DNA of 60,885 bases from a virus. Lineage: Duplodnaviria > Caudoviricetes. Below are positions 1 through 9,322 of this stretch, piece after piece (position 1 is the first letter of the stretch; each line of letters begins with the position of its first letter). Location of the stretch: positions 1 to 60,885 of the IMG/VR virus record IMGVR_UViG_3300048591_000686, one strand, 5' to 3'. The notes below the pieces were generated by a model, which searched no databases, had not been told where the DNA came from, and saw only the letters and a program-made list of their open reading frames with translations. Position numbers and translations under genes: made by a program.

Positions 1-678
1 GCCGGCGTCGTCGAGCAGCTCCGCGGCGGCCTCCTGGCGACTTTTGGTCCACCCCGCCGCCTGCGCCCTGGGACGGCTCCACCACTCCCCGCGGCGCTGG
101 CCCGCGGCGTCCGGCTCGCCCAGCGTGGCAAACCAGTGCTCCAGGATTTTGCCCGCGTCGCCCACCACCCCCGCCGCCACGTTGCTGCGCGTGGTGTAGT
201 TGGGGCTGCGCTGCGCCTCCTGGTAGCGGTTGTTCTCGGCGCGCAGCGTTTTATTGTCGTTGCGCAGCTCCTGGTTGGCGTGCTGCCACTGGGTAATCTC
301 CGCTGCGTGCGCCGCCTCCAGGCGCTCGATCGCCCGGTACGCCTCTTCCTTGCGCGCCCGCTCCGCCCTGATGGTCGCATCCCAGCGCCGGCGCTCCTGC
401 CACGCCCGCCGCTTGTCGCCGGGGATGATGCGCAGCGCGCCCGCGATGCCGGCGAAGATCATGCCGGAGGTCAGCGCAATTTGCATGACGACTTCGCCCG
501 GCGCCTGCAACAGCGTCATCACGCCGCCAAAACCCAGCGCCGCAAAGCCGCCCACCATCAGCGCCTGCGCCATCTGCGCGCCGACATCGCCCACCGTCGT
601 ACGCTCGGGTTGGCGGGTCTCGCGCTCAGACTGGCGCAGAATGGCGCTGATTTCGTTGGCGTCCAGCGGGCGGGGCAT
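1..678 (-). CDS. Membrane protein (2 TM + coiled coil + possible C-terminal winged helix), truncated at window edge
   Basis: Manual translation from ATG 678: MPRPLDANEISAIL...ALMVGGFAALGFGGVMTLL...IALTSGMIFAGIAGALRII...WWSRPRAQAAGWTKSRQEAAAELLDDAG. Open to base 1; not in the ORF track. Confidence 0.75.
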   Translation of the reverse strand, partial: MPRPLDANEISAILRQSERETRQPERTTVGDVGAQMAQALMVGGFAALGFGGVMTLLQAPGEVVMQIALTSGMIFAGIAGALRIIPGDKRRAWQERRRWDATIRAERARKEEAYRAIERLEAAHAAEITQWQHANQELRNDNKTLRAENNRYQEAQRSPNYTTRSNVAAGVVGDAGKILEHWFATLGEPDAAGQRRGEWWSRPRAQAAGWTKSRQEAAAELLDDAG

Positions 679-687
679 GGGTGGCTC

Positions 688-810
688 CTAGCGGCGCGCC
701 CGCACGTAGACGGCGGCCGCCGCCGCGCCGCTCAGCGCGCCCAACACGGCGCACAGGGTCGCCGCGTGCAGCAGGATGATGATGATGGGGGTGTGCAGCA
801 CGTAGTCCAC
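688..810 (-). CDS. Small hydrophobic membrane peptide
   Basis: GTG 810 overlaps the upstream stop; VDYVLHTPIIIILLHAATLCAVLGALSGAAAAAVYVRARR. Confidence 0.55.
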   Translation of the reverse strand: MDYVLHTPIIIILLHAATLCAVLGALSGAAAAAVYVRARR

Positions 811-896
811 TATGCGCCCCCTAGCAGTGCCAGCGCGGCCATCAGCACGCCCAGCCCGCCGAATCCCACGGCCAACGCTTGAAGAATTTTCAGCAT
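810..896 (-). CDS. 28-aa single-TM peptide
   Basis: GGGGGAG SD, then MLKILQALAVGFGGLGVLMAALALLGGA*; stop overlaps the next start. Confidence 0.5.
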   Translation of the reverse strand: MLKILQALAVGFGGLGVLMAALALLGGA

Positions 897-910
897 CGTC
901 ACGCTCCCCC

Positions 911-1111
911 TTACCGCATAATCTGCGACACTTCGAGCAGGGCGTTGTAGTCCGCCATGCTCTCCACAGCGTGCACGAGCCCATCTTCCAGCTTAACGAT
1001 CTTGCACGCCCATTTCTTCGCACCGTCCTCCAGTGCCTCGGTGTGCTTCCGGTAAACCTTGTGCTTACCCTTCCACTGCAACTTAATCTCCGGTTTCCGT
1101 TGAGATGCCAT
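911..1111 (-). CDS. Hypothetical protein (66 aa)
   Basis: GGAGGG SD upstream; protein-like composition. Confidence 0.65.
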   Translation of the reverse strand: MASQRKPEIKLQWKGKHKVYRKHTEALEDGAKKWACKIVKLEDGLVHAVESMADYNALLEVSQIMR

Positions 1112-1144
1112 GTGTCACCCTCCCCGCCCATGTGGGCACTAAAC

Positions 1145-1175
1145 AAAAAACACCCCGCCGACTGTGGCGAGGTGT
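1145..1175 (-). terminator. Intrinsic terminator
   Basis: Minus strand: ACACCTCGCC-acagtc-GGCGGGGTGT followed by TTTTT. Confidence 0.7.
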
Positions 1176-1282
1176 GCGCGTAGGCTATGCTATCATTAGC
1201 AAAGGCACGCGGCGCGTTCTCGCCGATGTTGCTCAGGGGCGGCCTAGGTCGTCATACCGAAGCCGCCCCGCTTATATCGTCC

Positions 1283-1311
1283 AGGATACCACATACCGGT
1301 CACAGTTTCAA
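1283..1311 (-). promoter_or_regulatory. Sigma70-type promoter
   Basis: TTGAAA-17 nt-TATCCT with TG extended -10, minus strand. Confidence 0.6.
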
Positions 1312-1320
1312 TCCCCCTGT

Positions 1321-2079
1321 TTATCGCACCAGATGCGCGACGCGGCCATCCGGCAGCGTTCGCTCCCCGCACACCGTCAGGCCGTAACCGCCGTAACGCT
1401 CGTGCTCCAGCGTCCGCGCCTCCCAGCGCCGGATGGCCGCCTCATCCACAACGGCCTGCGCTGCGCTGTCCAGCGGGTCTGCGGGGCGAGACGTGCGACC
1501 AGTCGTAGTGCGCCGCACGGTGCGCCGCGCTGGGGTGAGGCCGAACCGCGCCAGCACGTCGCCCCACCGTTCGCTGCCGGCGTAGCCCAACAAGATGTCG
1601 GCGTTGGGCAGCGTCGGCTCCTGGTGCTCCCGGTAATCGCGGTAGATGCTGAATCCGACGCCCTCGCCCGGCGCGCACCCCGCCGTCAGCGCGGCCAGCA
1701 CCGCCGCGTGCACCGTTGGGTTGTGGGGGCAGACTGCGACGTGCGAGGACAGGCGATTGACGGTCATCTGCGTAGCGCAGTGGGGGCACGCCGGCAGCGC
1801 ATTGCCGGGCGATATCAGCCCGTAGTGCTCGCAGACCGCGGCCCATGTGCCCCCGTAGTGGCGATAGAGCGTAATCGCGGTGGGCAGGTGGCGCTGGCCC
1901 GCGGCGATGCGGGCGACGTCGTAGGTGCGGACGTCAAGCCCTACGCCGGGATAGTCGGGATCGGGGAGGATGCGCCCGATAGCGTCGTGGGTCGTTGGCT
2001 CGGCAGGGCAGTTGGTGGCGAAATGGCGGTTGCCCACCATGCGCCCACAGTGCGGGCAGGGGCGGCGGGTGTGGGTCAC
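1321..2079 (-). CDS. Protein with two Zn-finger + homing-endonuclease-associated-repeat-like modules
   Basis: CPHC...HFATNC and CPHC...HVAVC, each followed by P.....R.(Y)GG.W...L..(Y/F)GL-like helical repeats; GTG start after GGAGG. Confidence 0.6.
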   Translation of the reverse strand: MTHTRRPCPHCGRMVGNRHFATNCPAEPTTHDAIGRILPDPDYPGVGLDVRTYDVARIAAGQRHLPTAITLYRHYGGTWAAVCEHYGLISPGNALPACPHCATQMTVNRLSSHVAVCPHNPTVHAAVLAALTAGCAPGEGVGFSIYRDYREHQEPTLPNADILLGYAGSERWGDVLARFGLTPARRTVRRTTTGRTSRPADPLDSAAQAVVDEAAIRRWEARTLEHERYGGYGLTVCGERTLPDGRVAHLVR

Positions 2080-2180
2080 TGCCCCACCTCCAGGAACACC
2101 GGACCACGCCACGCCAGGCGCATGGCGACGGCGGCCGGCAGCGCGACGATGGCGGCGCAGAGGATGATGAGGCGGGTCAT
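2076..2180 (-). CDS. Small membrane peptide
   Basis: MTRLIILCAAIVALPAAVAMRLAWRG..; 4-nt overlaps with both neighbours. Confidence 0.55.
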   Translation of the reverse strand: MTRLIILCAAIVALPAAVAMRLAWRGPVFLEVGQ

Positions 2181-2545
2181 GGTTGGGCCGCCCGTACTGC
2201 GTCGGAAAGCGTGTCGCCAATGCCGCCGCCGTTTTTTACGCCGACACTCCATTCCCCGTGCGAATGGAGTGCAATACCCAGCACGCCGGCGCTCACCATT
2301 GCTTGCTGCACCTGTTCCCACGTGGGACCGGTCGCGTACAATGCCGCAATGTCCCTGCGCGCGTCGGCCAGATCGTCGCGCAACGCATCACGCTCTTTCA
2401 GCAGCGCATCACGCTCCCCTGACACCACCGCCAGCGATTCGCGCGACGCGTGCGCATCGGCCAGCGCCGCCCCGATCTGCGCCGTCAGTGCCGCCACCCG
2501 GCCCGCCAGCACATCCACCGCCACCGCCAAATCGTCCATCATCAT
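2177..2545 (-). CDS. Coiled-coil hypothetical protein
   Basis: MMMDDLAVAV..ERDALLKERDALRDDLADARRD; overlaps neighbours. Confidence 0.65.
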   Translation of the reverse strand: MMMDDLAVAVDVLAGRVAALTAQIGAALADAHASRESLAVVSGERDALLKERDALRDDLADARRDIAALYATGPTWEQVQQAMVSAGVLGIALHSHGEWSVGVKNGGGIGDTLSDAVRAAQP

Positions 2546-3021
2546 TTTTGCACCGCCTTCCATTTTGCTTGCAGCCGCGCGTGCTCGTCGCGCAGCAGAT
2601 CCATCGGATGGCCGAAATGAGCCGCGTATTGCACCCAGTAGCCCAGCGCCTTGCGCAGCGGCTGCTCCCCGTTGCGCCCGTCGGCGAGGGCCTCGATTGC
2701 ATAGCCCAACTCGCGCATCACGCAGCCGAGCAGCCGCGTCTCCAGGTCGCGCACTTGCGCCGGGTCGGTGTCGAGCAGCGCGGTGCAAATCATCATGCCC
2801 AACTGCGCCGCCTCGCGCGTGGGTTCCGGCGTGCGTGCGTTGTTGCGCAGCCACGTCTCACTGCTGCGCAGGTCCGCATCGCAGCACTCGCCCGCCTCGC
2901 TGCCGGCAAACTTGGCGGCATCCAGGCGCAGGGGCGTCGGCCACACGCCGCGCATGGCCGCACGGAACGCCGCCTCCTCGCGCAGCAGTGCGTTCTGAAA
3001 TGCGATGTCGGTGTCAGTCAT
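2542..3021 (-). CDS. Hypothetical protein
   Basis: 159-aa ORF tightly packed in the operon. Confidence 0.7.
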   Translation of the reverse strand: MTDTDIAFQNALLREEAAFRAAMRGVWPTPLRLDAAKFAGSEAGECCDADLRSSETWLRNNARTPEPTREAAQLGMMICTALLDTDPAQVRDLETRLLGCVMRELGYAIEALADGRNGEQPLRKALGYWVQYAAHFGHPMDLLRDEHARLQAKWKAVQK

Positions 3022-3592
3022 TGCGGTGCTCGCTTTCCAGGGCGCACAGCCCTTTTTCGATGATGTCAGACCATTTCACACCCAACGCCTCGCGGCGCTT
3101 ATTCTGGGCCTCAGACGCTGTGGGGCGTGTGCGGTGCCTTTGCGGCGGTCTCGCTGCGCCTTGCCCGTTGTAACCGTTGTTACGGGGCATTTGCGCAGCG
3201 TCGTCAACGACACTCACTGCGCCGTTAACGTGCAGCGTGATGGCTTGCGCTGCCTGCGGCGTTGTCACCATGATTACATGCTCTGCCGGACCGTCGCCCA
3301 CTTGCCATACCGCCGCGTCGGGCGATGCGCTGGCGGTGGCTTCGGCGACGGTGGGCGGTAGTTCGGGCATACCGTAGTAGCGGCGCAATTCGTTACGCTG
3401 GTTACGGTTGGGCGGCGCCTCGCCTTTCTCGACCTTCGCCCACAGCGGCTTGCTGTACTGGCTGCCCAGCACCTGGATCAATTTGTCGAGCGACAATGTG
3501 GTGCGCAGGTCCTGTACCATGTCCTGGTAGTCGGACAGGCTCAGGTTGTCGAGGGTGGCGTCTTTCGTAATCATTGTTACGGGTTGTGTCAT
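3014..3592 (-). CDS. Putative DNA-binding protein (XRE-like HTH at N-terminus)
   Basis: LSLDKLIQVLGSQYSKPLWAKVEKGEAPP resembles an HTH; packed in the operon. Confidence 0.55.
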   Translation of the reverse strand: MTQPVTMITKDATLDNLSLSDYQDMVQDLRTTLSLDKLIQVLGSQYSKPLWAKVEKGEAPPNRNQRNELRRYYGMPELPPTVAEATASASPDAAVWQVGDGPAEHVIMVTTPQAAQAITLHVNGAVSVVDDAAQMPRNNGYNGQGAARPPQRHRTRPTASEAQNKRREALGVKWSDIIEKGLCALESEHRND

Positions 3593-4116
3593 GCGTCACC
3601 GCCTTCCTCATTCGTACCGCTGCCCGCATCGCGCCCCGCCAGTACATCGTCGATCGTTTCGCCGGTCGGCGTATGATCGGGGTCATCACTGCGCGCCGGC
3701 CGGCGGTCGATAGGCCCCACCGGCAATGCATACCGCACCATACTGCGCCACTCCTCCGCGAGCTCGATTGCCCAGCGCACCAATTGCGCCGACGTGCCAC
3801 CATAGCGGGTGGTGACGCGGCGATCCGAGGCCAGCACGCGCAACGGCTCGCCTTTCGGCAGGTACTGGTTGCCACCGTCGGCGAAGATGACCGACTGCAC
3901 GCACAGGCTGAAACCGTACCGTTCACAGTAAAGCGCCGTGGTTTCGGCGATCACTGGGTAGCGGATGGTTTCGCCCGTCTGCGCCTCCTGGTCGAATGCG
4001 AGCTGCGCCGGGGAAGGTGGGTGGATCACAGTGAACTTGCCCACCGTGGCGTCTTGGTTGGTGTCATGGAAGAAGCGGAGGAGGTCCGCTTTGTCGAAGG
4101 TCTTTTCCTGTGCCAT
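3589..4116 (-). CDS. Hypothetical protein
   Basis: GGGAG SD; ATGA overlap with the downstream gene. Confidence 0.75.
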   Translation of the reverse strand: MAQEKTFDKADLLRFFHDTNQDATVGKFTVIHPPSPAQLAFDQEAQTGETIRYPVIAETTALYCERYGFSLCVQSVIFADGGNQYLPKGEPLRVLASDRRVTTRYGGTSAQLVRWAIELAEEWRSMVRYALPVGPIDRRPARSDDPDHTPTGETIDDVLAGRDAGSGTNEEGGDA

Positions 4117-4158
4117 TCTCCCTGTCCTTTCGTTGGCTGAATTGATTGATGGTGTTGC

Positions 4159-4461
4159 CTAGTTGCGAGAAAACCGGTCGCGCAGGTCGCCACCTAAATG
4201 CAGCGCCGGTGCGTGCCCATGCACCTGCTGCGTGGCGGATTGCGTGGTCGCGGCGAGGGCTTGCAGGTGGAGCGCCGCCGCGTCGCGCTCGCGCTGCAAT
4301 GCCAGCAGGCGGCACTGGGTGCGGTCGTGGCGCTTGCACTCGGCATAGTAGTTGCGCTCCCAGTCGTCGGCGCGGCGCTGGTAGTCGCGCAGCACGACGG
4401 CGACAATGGCGAGTGTGGCGAGCATCCCAGCGGCGAAAGTGATCAGCGCGGGCATGGTCAC
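4159..4461 (-). CDS. N-terminal TM + coiled-coil protein
   Basis: ALITFAAGMLATLAIVAVVL, then a heptad-rich segment. Confidence 0.65.
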   Translation of the reverse strand: MTMPALITFAAGMLATLAIVAVVLRDYQRRADDWERNYYAECKRHDRTQCRLLALQRERDAAALHLQALAATTQSATQQVHGHAPALHLGGDLRDRFSRN

Positions 4462-4925
4462 TGCCCTGCCTTGCGCCGCACGTAGTCGGCAATCTCGCCC
4501 ACGTGGGCGTCGTCAACCTGCCCCGTCGCCAGGCGCAGCACGGTATAGCCCAGCATCGCCGCCGCGTTGTACTTTTCGCAGTCGCCCCGAAAGCCCGCGG
4601 CCTGCGTGTGGCGCCCCCCGTTGTAAATTCCCCCCTCCAACTCAATGATGGTCTTGGTGGGCAGGTGGCAGTAGTCGGCGCGCCATTTGCGGGCGGGGTG
4701 GAACCGGTACTCCCGACGCAGGTCGGGGCCGCCCCACGTCTGCCACAGCGCCTCGAAGCGCTGCGCCAGTGCGTTGACGGGCGTAACCGCCGTTACGGGC
4801 GTGGCGCCGCCCCTGGCCAGCATCTGTTCCAGTTGCGCCGCCGTCGCCGCGCCGGGGTCGTCGGCCACCACCAGTTCGGGGTTGCCGGCCAACATCGCTT
4901 TGTACTCGCGCTCGCTGATGCCCAT
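4458..4925 (-). CDS. Vsr/DUF559-like PD-(D/E)XK endonuclease
   Basis: EYRFHPARKWRADY...IIELEGGIY..GRH....F.GD.EKYNAA.MLGY.VLR signature. Confidence 0.85.
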   Translation of the reverse strand: MGISEREYKAMLAGNPELVVADDPGAATAAQLEQMLARGGATPVTAVTPVNALAQRFEALWQTWGGPDLRREYRFHPARKWRADYCHLPTKTIIELEGGIYNGGRHTQAAGFRGDCEKYNAAAMLGYTVLRLATGQVDDAHVGEIADYVRRKAGQ

Positions 4926-4928
4926 GCC

Positions 4929-5561
4929 CTATTCCTCCCCGGGATACAATGCGGCGCGCCAGTTGGGGGGCACGTCCGCCGCCTTGCACGCGGCTTCGTA
5001 GGCGCGGCCGGCGCTGTAGATGGTGCGCAGCGCTGCCCACATCTTGTCCCGCCCCGTCTCCGTGTCGCAGGCGGCGATGATGTCCAGCAGCGGGCAGTCG
5101 CCCGACGTGGGGGCCAGCAGCCGGTAGAGCGCATCGCTGTAGCGCCCGCGTGCCTCGTTGTGGTCGTGGTGGGCCGCGGCTGCCTTGCACCCCACGCACG
5201 TGCAAGCGCCGGGGTAGACGCTCTGCGGGTCCGCCGCGCTGCCGGCCGCCGCTGCCATCGCCGCCCAGTCGGACGCCGCGCGTTCCGCCGTCGCCAGTGC
5301 GTCGTTGGCCTGCGCTTCCAGCCCCCGGATGGCGGCGGTGATCGTGGCGACGGCCGCCGCGTCCTTCGCCCTGCGCGCCGCGGCGAGCCGTTCGTAACCG
5401 CGGGCGATGCGCCCATGCCAGCACAGGTGCAGCGTCGAGCCGTCCGGCTGGGCGATGGGCTGCGGTGCGTAGGCTGCGTTGAGCGCCGCCACCGCCGCGC
5501 CGCGTGCGGCCTCGATCTTGCTGGGTGTCACTGTTTCGCGTTGCTTTGTGAGTACTGCCAT
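4929..5561 (-). CDS. Hypothetical protein
   Basis: ATG 5561 after GAGGG; contains CTCVGC. Confidence 0.65.
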   Translation of the reverse strand: MAVLTKQRETVTPSKIEAARGAAVAALNAAYAPQPIAQPDGSTLHLCWHGRIARGYERLAAARRAKDAAAVATITAAIRGLEAQANDALATAERAASDWAAMAAAAGSAADPQSVYPGACTCVGCKAAAAHHDHNEARGRYSDALYRLLAPTSGDCPLLDIIAACDTETGRDKMWAALRTIYSAGRAYEAACKAADVPPNWRAALYPGEE

Positions 5562-5980
5562 AATTCCCTCGCTTTCGGCAAATCGCCTACCATCATCGCC
5601 TTGAACCGTCCGCCCCACTGCCCCCCGAGCGCCGCCAGTACCTGCCAGTGCGCCGCATCGCCTCCGTAGCCCACATCCACCCATTCGCCGCGGCTGTAGA
5701 AGATGCGCTGCGTCTGCGCCGGCGGCGGGGGCGCAAACGGCGGACTCAGCGCCCGCACCAGGTCGCCGGCGTTGGTGAGGATGACCACCGCCTCCGCCCC
5801 CATCAGCGCCGCCTGCGCCAAAGCCTGTGCAAGGATTGTCCAGGGTTGGCCGGTAAGCGCCAGCGCGTCGGCGATGGCCTCCCCCTGCCAGTCGCGGAGG
5901 GTCGCGGTAAGCGCCGCGTGGCCGTCCGCGGCCCATAGGCCAAGGGTCAGGGTGCCGGCGTCGGTGGGCAGGGGGGTCAC
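5528..5980 (-). CDS. Hypothetical protein, possibly degenerate RNase H-like fold
   Basis: LTATLRDWQGE..LAQALAQAALMGAEAVVILTNAGDLVRAL resembles the RNase HI core without a clear catalytic acid set. Confidence 0.45.
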   Translation of the reverse strand: MTPLPTDAGTLTLGLWAADGHAALTATLRDWQGEAIADALALTGQPWTILAQALAQAALMGAEAVVILTNAGDLVRALSPPFAPPPPAQTQRIFYSRGEWVDVGYGGDAAHWQVLAALGGQWGGRFKAMMVGDLPKARELWQYSQSNAKQ

Positions 5981-6010
5981 GCGACACCCCCAAAAACGGC
6001 CAAAGAGGGC

Positions 6011-6290
6011 GCGGTAACTGAAGTAACTGCCTTTTTCCGCGATAGAGAGATTTTTAGAAAGACAAAAACATATACATATATTTGAAGGGTCACACGCGAT
6101 GGTTCTCTATCATGTAAAAAGTCAGTTACTTCAGTTACTATAGTTACTACATATACTTGTTTTGTCGTCCTCCAGTGTACGAAGCGACTTGGCCTGCTTG
6201 CATGGGCGGCAAAATGGCCGTTTTGCGGTAACTGAAGTTCAGTTACCGCGCCGCAAAAGTCAGTTACCGCGAGGTGATTTTCAGTTACTA
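6011..6290. promoter_or_regulatory. Putative replication origin with GTAACT/AGTTAC iterons around an AT-rich core
   Basis: GTAACT at 6014, 6023, 6228; AGTTAC at 6124, 6133, 6142, 6241, 6262, 6283. AT-rich 6040-6165. Lies immediately downstream of the primase-helicase. Confidence 0.75.
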
Positions 6291-9086
6291 TAGGCCAGTT
6301 GCTGCGCATGCCGCCTCGCTTTCGTCCATCGTGTCGATGCCGTCCGCGTTCGCGTCCAGGATGGCCGGCGTCAAATGCAGCACACGCTGCTTTTCGCCGC
6401 CAATGGATACCAGCCGCGTCGTTTGATCCCCGCCTGTCGTGGCAAGCCAACCCAACTGCTGCATCTGCCCGTACAACGTTTGTGGGGAGATTAGCAACTG
6501 GGTAGGCCCTAGCAGGCGCTTGACCGCGGCGAGGGCAATGGCCGGCAGCAAATACACCCCGCTGCCATCCACCCAGCCCAACACGCGGTCGCGCTCGAAA
6601 TTGTCCGGCTTGCCGAGGCTGCGGTCGATCAACTTATACTGCCCGCTGCCGATCAACTCACGCAGTGCATTGCGGTACTGGAGCGCCTCCATCGCCTCCA
6701 CCGTCGATTTCGCCATGGTGCGGGCAATGGCACGCAGCCCTATGGCGTGCTCCTGGCTATACGAAAGCAGCGCAGGTCCGATGGTGGGATGTTCGCAGGC
6801 GAGGCGCCAGGCCAGTTCATTGACAGCGAGATTCGACGCGACGCGGGCAATGTTGGCGCTGTCCTTTTCGATGCGGCTCAGGCGCGCCGCCCACTCAGAG
6901 CGCAGGCGGGGGAATGTGCGTCCGGCAGCCTTGGCGGCGCTGCGCCCATCATCGGATTGCAGCCACGTGATCCAGGCCCAGCCGACGGCGCATAGATGTT
7001 CGCTCAGGTCCTGCGCACTGGTCAGCAGGTCGTTGGGTTCGCCGCGCTGCCAGTCGAACGTCACGAGCAGGATGCGGGCGATGCTGGCCGCGTCGTCGCG
7101 CGGCAGGTCCTCGCCCGTTACGACGGGGATGCAGCGCACCAGCTTTGTCTCGCGCAGCTCCCCGTCGCGGCTGCTGCGCTTGCGGTCGCCGCCTTCGAGT
7201 ATGTTGTGAATCAGGTTGACGAAATCGTGTTTGCCGTTGCCGGTGTTGGGCTTGTAATTGTCAATCAGCAGCGGTAGATCGTGAGCGTGCGCTGCAAATG
7301 CCATGATGGCGTTACGGGTCGCACCCTCGCCCAGTTTGAGCAGGTTGTCATTCGACGCAAACCCCGGCCCGTAGAGGCACATGGCCGCCTGCGTCCACGA
7401 CGTCTTGAGGCTGCCGGTCCGGCCGGCGATGAAGATGGCTACCCGCTCATTGCCCAGCCCTGCCGGACGCAGCATGGGCGGCATCAGCAGCGAGGCGATA
7501 ATGGGCGTCGTCAATCTCGGCTGCATTGCATCGATGAGGTTTGTCAAGGCTAGCAGCCCCGTCTCCAACTCGTGGCCCGGCTTCGGTGCGGCATAGGCGA
7601 TCTGGCGCGGCACGCTGATGAGCGTCGAATCGTCCATGCCGGGCATCAGAAACGACGTATAGCTATCGTCCTCCCAGCCGGTGCGGTAGTAGCGCACGCG
7701 TTGGGGCCGGTCGGCCTCCGTCGTCAGCTTGCCGATAGCGGGACGCAGGTGGGCTGACATGCCGTTGTATACCACGTCAATCCCACCGGTGGCGGCGGTC
7801 AGGCACGCCAGCAGCCGCACGTCCGATCCAAAATCCTGCCCGCTGATTTCGCAGCGAAACGCCCCGCGCCGCAATCCTCGCCCTGCCAGCACCAGGTGGC
7901 TGTTACCATTTTCATCTACGATTTCTTCGGCGATGGTCACGCAGAAATCGGCGATGGGCTTCGACTCCACCCCGTCGCGTGTCTCATACAGCAGCACCAT
8001 TTTCCCGCCCTTGACTGCGTAGGGCCACGTCTGGTGCTTGACGGCCGCCGCCTCCGCACTGTCCGGCAGCGCCTCCAAATCGAGCGGGTCCGGCAGCACC
8101 GCCGCGAACCCATACTCATACGGCGCGAATCCGTTTTCCCCGCTGCCGTTCAGCGCCACCACGCGCGGCTTGGCAATGCCGCTGCGCAGCCCACTGCGAA
8201 TCGTGGCGATGGCCTCGCCTTCGCCCTGCCCGACGTCTAGCGCCGCACTCAGCAGCGCCTGCTCGACCTCGCCTTCAGTGAGCAGCCCCGCACCCACCAG
8301 TTGCCCCAACGAGTGCGCCGCCTTGTTCACGGCGTTATTGTGCGTATGGGGAGCGGACGTGCGAATGAGTTGCAATTCCTCATCCAGGGCTTTCTGCGCG
8401 TACCCCTGCGGCGGCACATGGGGCGCGCTGCCGTTGGTGCCGTTGCGGTGCGTAACCGGCGTTACGGACTTAACCTCGGGCTCTTTTGTTACCGCAGCGT
8501 AGGCCAGCAGCAGCGCGTCACGGTCGACGGGCGCCGGCGCTCCCACCGGCTCGCCGTGCGCCCAGGCGTACACGCCGCCCGATGGGTGCACGGACCCCGG
8601 CAGCGCGGCATAGTGCCCCGTCCATCGCAATTCGATGTGCCCGCCGCCGTCACGCGCGGGGCGATCTTCCTTCCCCTTCTCAATCTCCAACCCCTCGCAG
8701 CGCAGCCACACATGCGCGCCGCCGCCGGGCGTTTTGACCGTCCAGTGATAGTTGACGGGCAATCCTGCAGCGCCGAGAAACTCGCTAACCATGGCCGGCG
8801 CGGTCGCATCGAAATCGATGCACACCACATCGCCGCTGACCGGGCCGCACACGCCGCCCAACCCACCGACGCTCACCCACCATTCATGTTTTTTTATCTG
8901 CGCCCAATGCGCGTCCGTTTGTTTTGTCTGCTGCCAGTCGTCCCAGCGGAACCGCATAATGCTGCCTGATGGGGAGACGCCCGTCTCGACCGGCCGTTTG
9001 TCGGCCCCGAGCGGCACGAGGTTGAAACCCAGTGCCCGATATTTCGCCGCCAGTTGGCGGTATTCTTTCGCCGTTTCAACCGTCAT
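6288..9086 (-). CDS. Bifunctional primase/polymerase (Prim-Pol) fused to DUF927-like P-loop helicase
   Basis: GFNLVPL..DKRP, CIDFD, TVKTPGGGAHVW, LPGSVHPSGGVYAW (Prim-Pol); GRTGSLKTS Walker A-like and LLIDN Walker B; ATG 9086. Confidence 0.9.
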   Translation of the reverse strand: MTVETAKEYRQLAAKYRALGFNLVPLGADKRPVETGVSPSGSIMRFRWDDWQQTKQTDAHWAQIKKHEWWVSVGGLGGVCGPVSGDVVCIDFDATAPAMVSEFLGAAGLPVNYHWTVKTPGGGAHVWLRCEGLEIEKGKEDRPARDGGGHIELRWTGHYAALPGSVHPSGGVYAWAHGEPVGAPAPVDRDALLLAYAAVTKEPEVKSVTPVTHRNGTNGSAPHVPPQGYAQKALDEELQLIRTSAPHTHNNAVNKAAHSLGQLVGAGLLTEGEVEQALLSAALDVGQGEGEAIATIRSGLRSGIAKPRVVALNGSGENGFAPYEYGFAAVLPDPLDLEALPDSAEAAAVKHQTWPYAVKGGKMVLLYETRDGVESKPIADFCVTIAEEIVDENGNSHLVLAGRGLRRGAFRCEISGQDFGSDVRLLACLTAATGGIDVVYNGMSAHLRPAIGKLTTEADRPQRVRYYRTGWEDDSYTSFLMPGMDDSTLISVPRQIAYAAPKPGHELETGLLALTNLIDAMQPRLTTPIIASLLMPPMLRPAGLGNERVAIFIAGRTGSLKTSWTQAAMCLYGPGFASNDNLLKLGEGATRNAIMAFAAHAHDLPLLIDNYKPNTGNGKHDFVNLIHNILEGGDRKRSSRDGELRETKLVRCIPVVTGEDLPRDDAASIARILLVTFDWQRGEPNDLLTSAQDLSEHLCAVGWAWITWLQSDDGRSAAKAAGRTFPRLRSEWAARLSRIEKDSANIARVASNLAVNELAWRLACEHPTIGPALLSYSQEHAIGLRAIARTMAKSTVEAMEALQYRNALRELIGSGQYKLIDRSLGKPDNFERDRVLGWVDGSGVYLLPAIALAAVKRLLGPTQLLISPQTLYGQMQQLGWLATTGGDQTTRLVSIGGEKQRVLHLTPAILDANADGIDTMDESEAACAATGL

Positions 9087-9322
9087 TCGAGATACTCCCC
9101 ACGCAGCGCGGCCCCGAGTTGCTCCGACGTTTGCAGCGACAGCTCGCGCACATCGCCCAACAGAATCATCGCTACGCCCATGTTGCCGCCCACCAGCGCC
9201 TGCTGCGCCTCGCGCGCCTTGGCGCGAATTGTGACCTCGCGCGCCAATACATCCTCCGCCACATGGCGCGCCTTCGTGGGCCATTCCCGCGGCTGGCGAG
9301 CGTTGCCGCGTGCGCTATTCAC
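9083..9322 (-). CDS. Hypothetical protein
   Basis: GTG 9322 overlaps the upstream gene; ATGA overlap with the primase. Confidence 0.55.
   Translation of the reverse strand: MNSARGNARQPREWPTKARHVAEDVLAREVTIRAKAREAQQALVGGNMGVAMILLGDVRELSLQTSEQLGAALRGEYLE

Noticed and set aside
1105-3063. 652-aa plus-strand ORF and similar long ORFs (4503-5669, 38766-41087, 56611-57852)
   Set aside because: Antisense shadows of real genes in high-GC DNA, with no motifs.
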